A DNA stretch of 64,000 nucleotides from Eledone cirrhosa (GCA_964016885.1 OZ024743.1:241118001-241182000); one strand, 5' to 3'; shown: positions 37,235 through 51,991, counted from the first letter of the stretch. Program-made: numbers and translations. The notes: generated by a model from the sequence alone, not told the origin.

Positions 37235-40200
37235 GCACACACACAGAGGCACACACACACACAGAGGCACACACACAGAGGCACACACACACACAGAGGC
37301 ACACACACACACACAGAGGCACACACACAGAGGCACACACACAGAGGCACACACACAGAGACACACACACACACAGAGGCACACACACAGAGGCACACAC
37401 AGAGGCACACACACACACAGAGGCACACTCACACACAGAGGCACACACACAGAGACACACACACAGAGGCACACACACAGAGGCACACACACAGAGACAC
37501 ACACACACACAGACACACACACAGAGGCACACACACACACAGAGGCACACACACAGAGGCACACACACAGAGGCACACATACACACAGAGGCACACACAC
37601 AGAGGCACACACACACAGAGACACACACACAGAGACACACACACAGAGGCACACACACACACAGAGTCACACACACAGAGGCACACACACAGAGACACAC
37701 ACACAGAGGCACACACACAGAGACACACACACACACAAACACACACACATAGGCACACACACAAACAGAGGCACACACAGAGAGGCACACATACACACAG
37801 AGGCACACACACAGAGGCACACACACACACAGAGGCACGCACACACAGAGACACACACACAGAGACACACACACAGAGGCACACACACACACACACAGAG
37901 GCACACACACAGAGGCACACACACACAGAGGCACACACACAGAGGCACACACACAGAGACACACACACAGACACACACACAGAGAGACACACACAGAGGC
38001 ACACACATAGAGACACACACACAGAGACACACACACACAGAGACACACATACAGAGACACACACACAGAGGCACACACACACACAGACATACACACATAG
38101 ACACACACACACACACAGAGGCACACACACAGAGGTACACACGCATAGGCACACACACAGAGGCACACACACAGAGGCACACACAGAGACACACACACAT
38201 AGGCACACACACAGAGGCACACACACACAGAGGCACACACATAGAGGCACACACACAGAGACACACACACATAGGCACACACAGAGGCACACACACAGAG
38301 GCACACACACAGAGACACACACACATAGGCACACACACAGAGGCACACACACACAGAGGCACACACACATAGGCACACACACAGTGGCACACACACAGAG
38401 GCACACACACAGAGACACACACACATAAGCACACACACAGAGGCCCACACACACAGAGACACACACACAGAGACACACACAGAGAGACACACACACATAG
38501 GCACACACACAGAGGCACACACACAGAGGCACACACACAGAGACACACACACATAGGCACACACACAGAGGCACACACACACATAGGCACACACACATAG
38601 GCACACACACAGAGGCACACACACAGAGACACACACACACGTAGGCATACACACAGAGGCACACACAGAGACACACATAGGCACACACACAGAGGCACAC
38701 ACACACAGAGGCACACACACAGAGGCACACACACAGAGACACACACACATAGGCACACACACAGAGGCACACACACAGAGGCACACACACAGAGACACAC
38801 ACACATAGGCACACACACAGAGGCACACACACACAGAGGCACACACACATTGGCACACACACAGAGGCACACACACAGAGGCACACACACAGAGACACAC
38901 ACACATAGGCACACACACAGAGGCACACACACACAGAGACACACACACAGAGACACACACAGAGAGACACACACACATAGGCACACACACAGAGGCACAC
39001 ACACAGAGGCACACACACAGAGGCACACACACACAGAGGCACACACACAGAGACACACACACATAGGCACACGGACAGAGACACACACACATAGGCACAC
39101 ACACAGAGGCACACACACACAGAGGCACACACACATAGGCACACACACAGAGGCACACACACAGAGGCACACACACAGAGACACACACACATAGGCACAC
39201 ACACAGAGGCACACACACACATAGGCACATACACACAGAGGCACACACACAGAGGCACACATACAGAGGCACACACACAGAGGCACACACACAGAGACAC
39301 ACACACATAGGCACACACAGAGGCACACACACAGAGGCACACACACAGAGACACACACACATAGGCACACACACAGATGCACACACACACAGAGGCACAC
39401 ACACATAGGCACACACACAGTGGCACACACACAGAGGCACACACACAGAGACACACACACATAGGCACACACACAGAGGCCCACACACACAGAGACACAC
39501 ACACAGAGACACACACAGAGAGACACACACACATAGGCACACACACAGAGGCACACACACAGAGGCACACACACAGAGACACACACACATAGGCACACAC
39601 ACAGAGGCACACACACACATTGGCACACACACATAGGCACACACACAGAGGCACATACACAGAGACACACACACATAGGCATACACACAGAGGCACACAC
39701 AGAGACACACACACATAGGCACACACACAGAGGCACACACACACAGAGGCACACACACAGAGGCACACACACAGAGACACACACACATAGGCACACACAC
39801 AGAGGCACACACACAGAGGCACACACACAGAGACACACACACAGAGGCACACACACAGAGGCACACACACACAGAGGCACACACACATTGGCACACACAC
39901 AGAGGCACACACACAGAGGCACACACACAGAGACACACACACATAGGCACACACACAGAGGCACACACACACAGAGACACACACACAGAGACACACACAG
40001 AGAGACACACACACATAGGCACACACACAGAGGCACACACACAGAGGCACACACACAGAGGCACACACACACAGAGGCACACACACAGAGACACACACAC
40101 ATAGGCACACACACAGAGGCACACACACACAGAGGCACACACACATAGGCACACACACAGAGGCACACACACATAGGCACACACACAGAGACACACACAC

Positions 40201-42652
40201 ATAGGCACACACACACACAGACATACACACATAGACACACACACAGAGGCACACACACAGAGGTACACACGCATAGGCACACACACAGAGGCACACACAC
40301 AGAGGCACACACAGAGACACACACACATAGGCACACACACAGAGGCACACACACACAGAGGCACACACATAGAGGCACACACACAGAGACACACACACAT
40401 AGGCACACACAGAGGCACACACACAGAGGCACACACACAGAGACACACACACATAGGCACACACACAGAGGCACACACACACAGAGGCACACACACATAG
40501 GCACACACACAGTGGCACACACACAGAGGCACACACACAGAGACACACACACATAAGCACACACACAGAGGCCCACACACACAGAGACACACACACAGAG
40601 ACACACACAGAGAGACACACACACATAGGCACACACACAGAGGCACACACACAGAGGCACACACACAGAGACACACACACATAGGCACACACACAGAGGC
40701 ACACACACACATAGGCACACACACATAGGCACACACACAGAGGCACACACACAGAGACACACACACACGTAGGCATACACACAGAGGCACACACAGAGAC
40801 ACACACACATAGGCACACACACAGAGGCACACACACACAGAGGCACACACACAGAGGCACACACACAGAGACACACACACATAGGCACACACACAGAGGC
40901 ACACACACAGAGGCACACACACAGAGACACACACACATAGGCACACACACAGAGGCACACACACACAGAGGCACACACACATTGGCACACACACAGAGGC
41001 ACACACACAGAGGCACACACACAGAGACACACACACATAGGCACACACACAGAGGCACACACACACAGAGACACACACACAGAGACACACACAGAGAGAC
41101 ACACACACATAGGCACACACACAGAGGCACACACACAGAGGCACACACACAGAGGCACACACACACAGAGGCACACACACAGAGACACACACACATAGGC
41201 ACACAGACAGAGACACACACACATAGGCACACACACAGAGGCACACACACACAGAGGCACACACACATAGGCACACACACAGAGGCACACACACAGAGGC
41301 ACACACACAGAGACACACACACATAGGCACACACACAGAGGCACACACACACATAGGCACATACACACAGAGGCACACACACAGAGGCACACATACAGAG
41401 GCACACACACAGAGGCACACACACAGAGACACACACACATAGGCACACACAGAGGCACACACACAGAGGCACACACACAGAGACACACACACATAGGCAC
41501 ACACACAGATGCACACACACACAGAGGCACACACACATAGGCACACACACAGTGGCACACACACAGAGGCACACACACAGAGACACACACACATAGGCAC
41601 ACACACAGAGGCCCACACACACAGAGACACACACACAGAGACACACACAGAGAGACACACACACATAGGCACACACACAGAGGCACACACACAGAGGCAC
41701 ACACACAGAGACACACACACATAGGCACACACACAGAGGCACACACACACATTGGCACACACACATAGGCACACACACAGAGGCACACACACAGAGACAC
41801 ACACACATAGGCATACACACAGAGGCACACACAGAGACACACACACATAGGCACACACACAGAGGCACACACACACAGAGGCACACACACAGAGGCACAC
41901 ACACAGAGACACACACACATAGGCACACACACAGAGGCACACACACAGAGGCACACACACAGAGACACACACACAGAGGCACACACACAGAGGCACACAC
42001 ACACAGAGGCACACACACATTGGCACACACACAGAGGCACACACACAGAGGCACACACACAGAGACACACACACATAGGCACACACACAGAGGCACACAC
42101 ACACAGAGACACACACACAGAGACACACACAGAGAGACACACACACATAGGCACACACACAGAGGCACACACACAGAGGCACACACACAGAGGCACACAC
42201 ACACAGAGGCACACACACAGAGACACACACACATAGGCACACAGACAGAGACACACACACATAGGCACACACACAGAGGCACACACACACAGAGGCACAC
42301 ACACATAGGCACACACACAGAGGCACACACACAGAGGCACACACACAGAGACACACACACATAGGCACACACACAGAGGCACACACACACATAGGCACAC
42401 ACACACAGAGGCACACACACAGAGGCACACATACAGAGGCACACACACAGAGACACACACACAGAGGCACATACACAGAGGCACATACACATAGGCACAC
42501 ACACAGAGGCACACATACAGAGGCACACACACAGAGGCACACATACAGAGGCACACACACAGAGACACACACACAGAGGCACATACACATAGGCACACAC
42601 ACAGAGGCACACACACACAGAGGCACACACACAGAGACACACAGAGGCACAC
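37149..42652. repeat. Complex CA-rich satellite (units (CA)3-5 + GAGG, GAGA or TAGG) with ~1.04-1.09 kb and ~2.13 kb higher-order periods
   Basis: Rare variants recur: AGATGC 39375/41507, GTAGGCATAC 38641/40769, AGGTAC 38133/40261, AGTGGC 38383/39419/40511/41551. Confidence 0.95.
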
Positions 42653-43030
42653 CTACAAATATAAGAACATGCATACACAAACATACACGGACATGTTTCC
42701 ACCAGCACAAACATACACGGACATACATCTCAATATATTTTCATTCCAATACATAATTTTTTACGTTTTTGCTTATAATATTTTTGTAATATTTGTTTTT
42801 ATTGTTGTTTGTATTTATTTTTTATTTATATTTTGGGTTTCGGGGTTTTATAACTTTCCCCTCTCATATAATAATCATTATGATTGTTAAATTTGAAAAA
42901 GGTTGTAAAACTTAAATAATAAAATTTTATTTATGTTCGTGGTAACACAAACGTTAATGATACTATTAAACAGCAGTTAAAAGACCGATCATGCGATAGC
43001 TATTATGTTATAGATTTTCGTGGTTGCCTC

Positions 43031-43077
<47 letters not shown>

Positions 43078-43506
43078 ATGTATGTGTATGTGTGTGTGTG
43101 TGTGTGTGTGTGCGTGTGCGTGTGCTCATGTGTGTGTATATATGTATGTATTTATATATGTACGTATGTAGATTTGTATGTATAAATGCATGTATGCATG
43201 CACACTTTTATGTATGTATGTATTCCTCTACACGTTATTTAATGTGCCCAAAACGAGGATCGTGGGTAGTGGAATTCCCCTTTATTCTTTAATTAGTTTA
43301 GTTACTGTACTGCCGCAATATTAGGGCTGCGCCTTGAAAGATTTAGATGATCGTATTGACCTCACTATATATATTTTTTAAGATGCCGCTAACATTTGCC
43401 AAATTACTAAGTTACGTGTCATAAACAAAGAGATAGATATTTAAGAGTTGTCATGACACACATAGAAATGCGCGCATATGCAAACAAAATACACACACAC
43501 ACACAC

Positions 43507-43610
<104 letters not shown>

Positions 43611-44034
43611 ATATATATAATATGTGATAATAATAATAATACTATTTATAGTTATGTATATACTATAAACAACTATAAACAGGAAAGGTCAGTAATTTCT
43701 ACTACCTTATTACCAGTAGGAGAAATAGCTCAATGTAAGAACATCAGTTGTTTTACAGAGCAGGAAAATAAATTAGACAATTATCAAAGTTTTGTTCAAA
43801 TCATTTAATAGCTAACAATCGTTTCTTTCAAATTTTCGTTTGGTGTCACCGGAGCATTATCAATGTTTGTACATATAATTAACCTCCTATTCAACTGAAC
43901 AATCATATAGATGCATATATATTGATGTTGTGAGCAACAGTTTCGTGTTTATAGGGTGTACTGGATGCGACATATATCAAGCAATAATTCAAATTAAAAG
44001 CACAGAGTGGAATACATGCAACAGATAATATAAG

Positions 44035-44428
44035 AGGTGGATTGGCAGTATCGGTAGAGGGTCGGACGCCATGCTTTCCAGCATAGTTACGTCCCCTTAC
44101 GATCTGAGTTCAAATCTCGCCGAAGTTGACTTTGCCTTTCATCCTTACGGGGTCGATAAAATAAAGTACCAGTAATGCACTAGGTAATTGCTGGCCTTGT
44201 GCCTAAAGCAGAAACAATTATTATTATTACGGTGATTGGCAGTATCGGTAGAAAGTCGGACACCATGCTTTGAAGCATAGAGTTACGTCCCTTTACGGTC
44301 TGAGTTCCAATCCCGCCGAGGTGAACTTTGCCTTTCATCCTTACGGGGTCGATAAAAGAAAGTACCAGTAATACACTGGGTAAATGCTGGTCTTGTGCCA
44401 AAAGTAGAAACAATTATTATTAATTTAT
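44035..44428 (+). mobile_element. Head-to-tail SINE dimer joined through (ATT)n
   Basis: Two complete copies at 44035-44229 and 44231-44425. Confidence 0.93.
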
Positions 44429-44529
44429 TATAATATGTGATATGTATTTATATATATAAATATATAAATGTGTGTATGTGTGTGTTTATGTTTGCATTGC
44501 ATGCATCTATGTGCCATGACAACACATAG

Positions 44530-44618
<89 letters not shown>

Positions 44619-44842
44619 TGTGTGTGTGTGTATCGCAAACAAGGGCTGCACAGGACAAAGACAATGGAAACAAACAACAGAAAAATTGACAGTCAACTAT
44701 TGGAAATCACTCTAGTTTCAGTATATCGAGATTGATACTATTCATTCCCGGGCATATTGCGATACATTAAAAACAGATAGAAATATGACGAATTACAACA
44801 AATATAAAAGAAAATATGCTACAAACCAAAGTACATCAACTG

Positions 44843-44886
<44 letters not shown>

Positions 44887-45331
44887 GAGGGGGAGACAGA
44901 GAGAAATAGTACGCGGAAGCTTAGTCATAGGAGGAAAAATAGAAAGGAGAGAAAGGGAAAAGTAGAAAATATGTGACTAATGTCCAACGTGCATACAAAG
45001 AATTGGACACGGACTTTTAGAACAGGTATAAAGGAGGGAGATTGAAAGACAACCCTGGTGACACAACGTCGATAATTTGATAGGTTTTGTAAAAACCCGC
45101 GTATCTAAGACTTTTGAATATAAATATGAATACAAAATGCGTTGGGTGTACAGGACAAAGATAACGGAAACAATATATACATACATATATATATATACAT
45201 ACATATATATATATATATGGGAAAAATGAAATTTCATTTCTCACTCTTAGTACGGCTGATACTTAAATATAAGTATGTATACATACATACATATATGTAT
45301 ACAGAGGTACAGTAGTATGTATATACATACA

Positions 45332-45428
<97 letters not shown>

Positions 45429-45436
45429 CAATTCAC

Positions 45437-45469
<33 letters not shown>

Positions 45470-45474
<5 letters not shown>

Positions 45475-45622
45475 GAACAAATCTAATATAGGAATGGCTT
45501 CTACAGGACTAGAACTGTTACATTTGAAGGAATTCACCATGAAGGCTTTCTCGATGATATTCTTCGAATGAAATAGTTCTAGTCCTGTAGAACCAATTTC
45601 TATATTACAGTTTGTTGTATAT
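45470..45622. repeat. Imperfect inverted repeat (~65-bp arms)
   Basis: Perfect 18-bp core TTCTACAGGACTAGAACT (45499-45516) / AGTTCTAGTCCTGTAGAA (45575-45592); pairing extends in both directions. Confidence 0.9.
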
Positions 45623-45694
45623 ACTCTAGTAATATATATTGAGTACCTTGCTTACTGTGGTTACTCCTGATTGAAACCGGGACTCACACACACA

Positions 45695-45739
<45 letters not shown>

Positions 45740-45860
45740 GACTACTCTGTTACTTTTCCTCCACTGTACTCTTCTTACTTCCACCTTCTTCTTCTCACCC
45801 GTCTATTTCTCTCCGATTCCAACCCGCCCGTTCCTTCAATCTTTCTAATTTCTCATTCTT

Positions 45861-45896
45861 TCTTCTGACGAAGGACTAGCGTCCGAAGTGTTAAGA
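45861..45896 (+). ncRNA. Minimal hammerhead ribozyme, degenerate (GAAG in place of GAAA)
   Basis: TCTT-CTGACGA-A-GGAC(TAGC)GTCC-GAAG-TG-TT-AAGA. Confidence 0.6.
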
Positions 45897-46003
45897 CCCT
45901 CTTCCTACTATTTCAAGCGTTAAACTAATATATTCCTTCTATATAGTGTAGCGATTATGTTGTTATTTCTGTTCACCTCTTACACACGCACACACATACA
46001 TAT

Positions 46004-46085
<82 letters not shown>

Positions 46086-46134
46086 CTGAATTTCTTTAGC
46101 AAGATTCTTTATCTGAAAACGTGTGTTGAAACCG

Positions 46135-46642
46135 ATATTTTTATGCTTTGGGAGGGTCATGTTGCCAATAAGAAACACACGCACCAAATGCTTTCACTCC
46201 AATTTATTATAATAAATTCATAAATTTAAGAATTTATAAATTTCCTGTTGGTTGGTTAGTTCCATAACCGGGCGGTTGTTCATATATTGTCAAAGTTCTT
46301 TCGTCACACATTCTGTGACCTCTTCAGTGACTGGGGAATCTTTTCTTTGTTTTTGTTCATCTCCTTTGTTCTGTCCTACACCATCAAACAAGATGGCGTA
46401 GGACGGAACAAAGGAGAGGCACAAAAACAAAGAAAAGAATCCCCAGTCACTGAAGAGGTCACAGAATGTGTGACGAAAGAACTTTGACAATATATGAACA
46501 ACCGTCCGGTTATGGAACCAACCAACCAACAGGAAATTTATAAATTCTTAAATTTATGAATTTATTATAATAAATTGGAGTGAAAGCATTTGGTGCGTGT
46601 GTTTCTTATTGGCAACATGACCCTCCCAAAGCATAAAAATAT
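46135..46642. repeat. 508-bp near-perfect palindrome of two head-to-head Penelope-type pLTRs, each with a hammerhead
   Basis: Arms 46135-46385 and 46392-46642, loop AAACAA, about 7 mismatches by eye; homologous to 16585-16690 and 18415-18616. Confidence 0.95.
46446..46488 (+). ncRNA. Minimal type I hammerhead; identical copy on the minus strand at 46289-46331
   Basis: GTCA-CTGAAGA-G-GTCACA(GAATG)TGTGAC-GAAA-GAAC-TT-TGAC. Confidence 0.82.
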
Positions 46643-46791
46643 ATATATATACACAGATATCCACGGTAAGTTGTGGGGTCTAGTCTCCATGAAGAACTCA
46701 ATGTAATCCATATATTGAAAATGTTATAGGTTAAAATAAATCCCGGAAAACAATAAAACATTAAAAGGAAAACAGTCATTATATAAGTTAA

Positions 46792-46941
<150 letters not shown>

Positions 46942-47478
46942 CGCATGGGCATGTGTAAGTGTGTATGCATGTCTATGTATGGCAAAACCGCATGGAATAG
47001 AAAAAATCACCCGTCTGGCACGAACGTGTCCTTAAAAGATAGAATGGAACGAGTTAGATATGGTCGTGCTCCATACATGTGTATATATCTGTATATCTGT
47101 GTGAGTGCATTTGTATATCTGTATATATGTATGTGTATATGTGTCATTGTTAGTCAGTGTTTGATTGGTTCATCTGTTTGTGTGTGTCTGTGTTTGAATG
47201 TGTGAAATATGTCTACATGTGATAAATCACATTATAATAAATGTGTCTTTACAATAAATCTAAGCTTCGGAGTGCCGTGTTACTAGCAAAAGAGAATGCA
47301 GATGTGAATCTATGGAGAAAATTCAGTGATGAGATTATCTACAGTTTCCACATACATACAAATAATTCCGCTCTATTCATATGAATTAACGTCAGACAGT
47401 ATCACATATAAACATCTAATCATGTCTTAGCAATAATCATATTAAAAATACATAACACTAAAGCAATAACAACAACAA

Positions 47479-47680
47479 AATAATGATTTCTTACTTAGGC
47501 TCAAGGCCAGCAATTTGTGAGGAGAGAAAGGATATTAAAACGACCGCAGTATTTAACCAGTACACTATGATATTGACTCCGAAAGAATGAAAACCAGAGT
47601 TGATCTCGAAGGGATTTGAACTCAGAAGTAAAGAGCCGTAGCAAAGCATCTATCTGACGCTCTAATGATGGAGTCATTCC
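47479..47680 (-). mobile_element. Diverged SINE with a different body and tail CCTTGAGCCTAAGTAAGAAATCATTATT
   Basis: B-box GAGTTCAAATCCC, core remnant and tail motif. Confidence 0.7.
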
Positions 47681-47814
47681 AGCAGGAACAAGGTCAGCAA
47701 AAGGTCTTTTTAGCGGGACATAAACTCATGGTGGATATTTTAGGCAAGGTTCGTCATATAACTAGCTTAATAACTGTAAGGGAATGCCAAATACTGGCAT
47801 TTTAGTATTTTTAA

Positions 47815-47878
<64 letters not shown>

Positions 47879-48034
47879 TAAAATAACAGATTAAAGTTTA
47901 AGCAAAGAATCGCTGCTTTCACCCTTAACGGGATCTTCTGAAACTAACAAAGTCAATCTGTAAACGCAGAACTGGATATTTCAAAAACGTTGCAACCGGA
48001 GGAAGACAGGAAGACGATACTTTGGTTCGTGGTG

Positions 48035-48289
48035 ACGTTCGCTGGCAAAGAACGGGAAAAAACGAATAATACGTCATTAATAGGAACGGTGAAAAACAAT
48101 TACGCGCAAGGACAGAACCACGTTTATGGTATAAAAGAGGTCGTAGACTAATGTTCTCTTAAGTGGTGCATAGAGACGTTCTCTGGCAATGAACGAAAAA
48201 ACGAAGATAATAAGTCATATGTGGAGCGTGGAGAACAATAGCGTGCAAAGACAAAACCACGTAAATGGTATAGCAGAAGTCGTAGACTA

Positions 48290-48291
<2 letters not shown>
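48035..48291. repeat. Diverged direct duplication (~115-bp unit, ~140-bp period) between two (TA)n tracts
   Basis: ACGTTC.CTGGCAA.GAACG..AACCACGT..ATGGTATA..GTCGTAGACTAA at 48035-48151 and 48176-48290. Confidence 0.8.
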
Positions 48292-48378
<87 letters not shown>

Positions 48379-48471
48379 TATATATATATATATATATATA
48401 TAATGAAAAAACGGAGATAGAAACTCTCGAAATTGAAAACATACCCCTTCGTGTTTTCTTCTCTCTCTCTC

Positions 48472-48510
<39 letters not shown>

Positions 48511-49014
48511 TTGTGAGCGAGTCTGTATCTGTGCCTGTATATGGGCATGTAGGCAGGCGTCTGTGTATGCGTATTTCTATGGTTTTTTTATTTGTTCTCC
48601 TTAAGTGTGTGTGTATAGCGGGAGTCTATGCGTACGGATGTTGTTATCTATGTGATTGTGTGTGTATGTGTATATGTGTGTGTGGGTGCGCGCGTGGACG
48701 TGTGACCTACCAAACCCAGTAGTAATTCATCGAAGTGTGGCAGAAAGGACAGCTGATGGTCAGTGGAATTGACACCTGTTGGCCAGGTTTACGATGACGT
48801 AGAAAAGCAGCAGCCAATAACAGGACGCGCGAAGAGGATGTTTTTGACGCTAACACCCCAGTGAAGGAATTTGCTCCGAAATTATTAGACGTGTCCGTCG
48901 AACCTGCAGATCCAGAATCAGACAGAGCCACACAATGATCGCGTCTCGAGCTGTCCGCGAAACAGTTGTAACACACAATAAATTGAGTTCAGATGGATCA
49001 CTGATTTTTCGTTT

Positions 49015-49095
<81 letters not shown>

Positions 49096-49590
49096 ATAAT
49101 ATATATATGAGTATGTGTGTGTGTGTGTATGCAAAAGCCAAAGATAACAGACCAAATAACAGTACAACAAAGAACCATATTATTACTTTTACGCTTAATA
49201 TAGTAAGAAAAGAAACATAACATTTCGGACGTCAGCAAATAGAATGAAAAATTAAAGAATTAAAAATTCAGAGGAGACTAGGCAGTGGTAAAAACGAAAA
49301 AAAAAAATCTAGAGAAAACTAGCCCTAGTAGATTTCACAGCTGGGAGCAAGGGAAGCACTGACTTAATGACGGCCAGAGACAGAAACGTGTTGGCTGTTG
49401 TTCCCGCTCTTCTGGTCGAATCCGCTAGAAGGCGCAAGCCGTCAGCTTTTCAATATTAATAGCTAGATGGCTTTCCAAATGTTTATTCGTAAACATAACG
49501 TATATCATTAGATATAGGAAATTTACATACTTATATGTATACAGGTATGTCGGAGCGATAACTTTAATTCTCTCACTCTCCTCCCCCTGT

Positions 49591-49656
<66 letters not shown>

Positions 49657-49792
49657 GTTGGTTGTTTACCGACACCTCAGTATGCAGACTTGGAGGAATA
49701 ACAACACACCCTGGAGCTGGACATATCGATGTATTGACGGAGTAAAACACACCTCAACAACATGTGTACCTGTCTTTTCCACACCAATTCGG

Positions 49793-49847
49793 ATTGCATG
49801 AAGAAGTCACAGCCAATGAGGGCTGTCACCGAAATATATATAGCAGT
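49793..49847 (+). ncRNA. Type I hammerhead, degenerate; same architecture as 12110-12168
   Basis: ATTGC-ATGAAGA-AGTC-ACAGCC(AATGAG)GGCTGT-CACC-GAAA-TATATA-TA-GCAGT. Confidence 0.62.
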
Positions 49848-49914
49848 AAATTTATAATTTATAATAAACGAAGCCAAATTTTACATATTTGACTTACTTA
49901 TTTTATACATATAT

Positions 49915-51430
49915 ATAGGAAAAGAGTCAGGACCCCGACGGCTGAGCTCGGGCCGCTTCGACAGCTAGTTCTGTACTAACACAGTATTGTTAGCACAGCA
50001 GCAGTCTGGCTGAACTTATCCATGGGTAATTCCATATATAGGCATGCACTCGTGTAAAGGAGTTCTGAAAGTTGTTGTTATCAGGGGAGTGGTAAAAGCT
50101 TTTGTAAACACAGTTAAGTTCCTTCATAGCGGTGGGTGGAGGTGGGGGTGGCTGAACTTGCCTGTAGAACAAAGGGAGGGAGAAAGATGACAATCTGACC
50201 TGTGGATGTAAGCCGGTCTTGCATTAAGAGAGAATTATATACAGCTATCTCTAAAAGGGGTTAAGGAACTTATGATAAATAAAGAAATCGCGGAATTAAG
50301 CGTTGGCTAGGAAGCAAAGCAAGTAGAATTTGATACAAAATTCCGAACTAATAAAATTTATAAAACTTAAGCAAATTGAATCTGATACAAAATTCCAAAT
50401 TAATAAAATCTACAAAATTAAGTTATTAGTTCATCCGAAACACTAAAACATCGTCTCATAATGGTAAATTATCAATAATATAGTCCATAATAGTGCATCC
50501 GTCCAAGAAAGAGGAAACAACAGCTATATTTTCAACCAGTGCTATATAGATACAGCAGGGGTGGAAATACTAGGGTTAATCAAAGGAAGAATGATATTGA
50601 AAATAAGCGATGGGCCGCCTAAGTGTAAAGGAGTGTGCAACTAATGAGAGATAAAAGGAAAGTAAGAGGAGAGGGAGGGAGGGGAAGAAAGTAAGAAAGG
50701 AGAAGAAAGAAGTTGTTACTTCTACCTAGGTATGCTGGGGTTTCCTCTATCTTAGTCGGCAGAATAGCAAAAAGTGATACAGCCGTTATCTACCCAACCG
50801 ATGCGTGGGGGGTTTGAAGGTAAAGTATGTCTTACGCATTCTGTGTTTACATGCGGTAACAAGTTCATCTTTTTTGTTTAGGAGTTGGTCCTTAGTAAAC
50901 AGCATTTGGATCGTTTCTTCCGAGCATAAATTACACGGACGGCGTCCTCCCGAGTAAGAGTTAGTCTTGGAAAGTATGCTCCAACTTAGATGGTAGGTGA
51001 TATTATTGTCTTGGAGGTCCCAAATATGGCCCGAAAGTGCTGTTGTCTGTCCCCGGACCGGGTTTCTAAATGAATGTCGGTGTTGGTAATACCGGGTCTT
51101 AACGTCGCAGGCAGTTAATCCGATGTAGGCCTTGTTAGAGCTTTCCGTCCTCACATTGCACTGGTAGACCACATTACCACTCCTCTGATGACAACAACAT
51201 TCAGAACTCCTTGACACGAGTGCATGCCCATATATGGAATTACCCCTTGATGAGTTCAGACTACTGCTGTGCTAACAATACTGTGTTAGTTCAGAAATAA
51301 CTGTCGAAACGGCCGGAGCTCAGCCGTCGGCGGGTATTGACTATTTTCCTATTACCCACTCTACTACCCACGGTATCGAGTACTCTGTTGCGTTATGGTC
51401 CAACTGGTTCCTTACCAAAGTTCCTTCGTT
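49915..51430 (-). mobile_element. 5'-truncated Penelope-like element: GIY-YIG (50786-51175), 3' pLTR and inverted 5' pLTR copy, bounded by (TA)n
   Basis: NVVYQC..AYIGLT..KTRYYQHRHSF..TTALSGHIW..CNLCSEE..LLNKKDEL..CKHR; 49915-50096 is an inverted copy of 51174-51353. Confidence 0.9.
51241..51336 (+). ncRNA. Type I hammerhead with long stem II and a full stem III; inverted sister copy at 49932-50028
   Basis: TACCCC-TTGATGA-G..CTGTGCTAACA(ATACTG)TGTTAGTTCAG..CTGTC-GAAA-CGGC(9 nt)GCCG-TC-GGCGGGTA. Confidence 0.75.
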
Positions 51431-51930
51431 ATATATATATATATATATATATATATAACTTCATAGACAAAACAATGTATTTTTTATACTAAACCCATTG
51501 AATGTGCCAATAAATCTCATCCATGACTAAATTAGGAAGGACGTGCAACTACCAAATAACTCTGCACCTATAACTTTACCTCCGGCTCTCGGCCGTTAGG
51601 CGGCAGCACATTCTCTGGCTTTCCATGTCTACCATTACTAACTTCTACTTCTGAAAACACATTCATAGCAAAAGATGAATAAATATATACGATATAAAAA
51701 ATAAAGATGGCTGATTTCTGATCATTTCCAAAGTGCTTTTATACCACCACTGCTATTCTCGGCCGCAAGGCAACGCCATAATTTCTGGCGTGATAAAGCA
51801 TCTTAAGTTGATTCTCTAATGAAATTCATTTAAGACTGAAAATTTTGAATAAAAAAACTATGTAATATTTCATCACACGCATTGTCTGGACTTCTAAATC
51901 ATTTAAAATTATATATAAATATGTATATAC

Positions 51931-51966
<36 letters not shown>

Positions 51967-51991
51967 ACGTATGTCTGTATGTACATATATG

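Noticed and set aside
37149-42652. CRISPR-like array
   Set aside because: No unique spacers, no cas genes, eukaryotic context
37116-42728. 1661-1870-aa Cys/Val-rich ORFs
   Set aside because: Open in all three minus-strand frames because the TG-rich satellite lacks stop codons; no coding signal
46287-46529. Mirror-image ORFs MSKFFRHTFCDLF on both strands
   Set aside because: By-product of the palindrome
48700-49000. Solo LTR (TG...AATAAA...CA)
   Set aside because: No TSD, terminal inverted repeat or second copy identifiable
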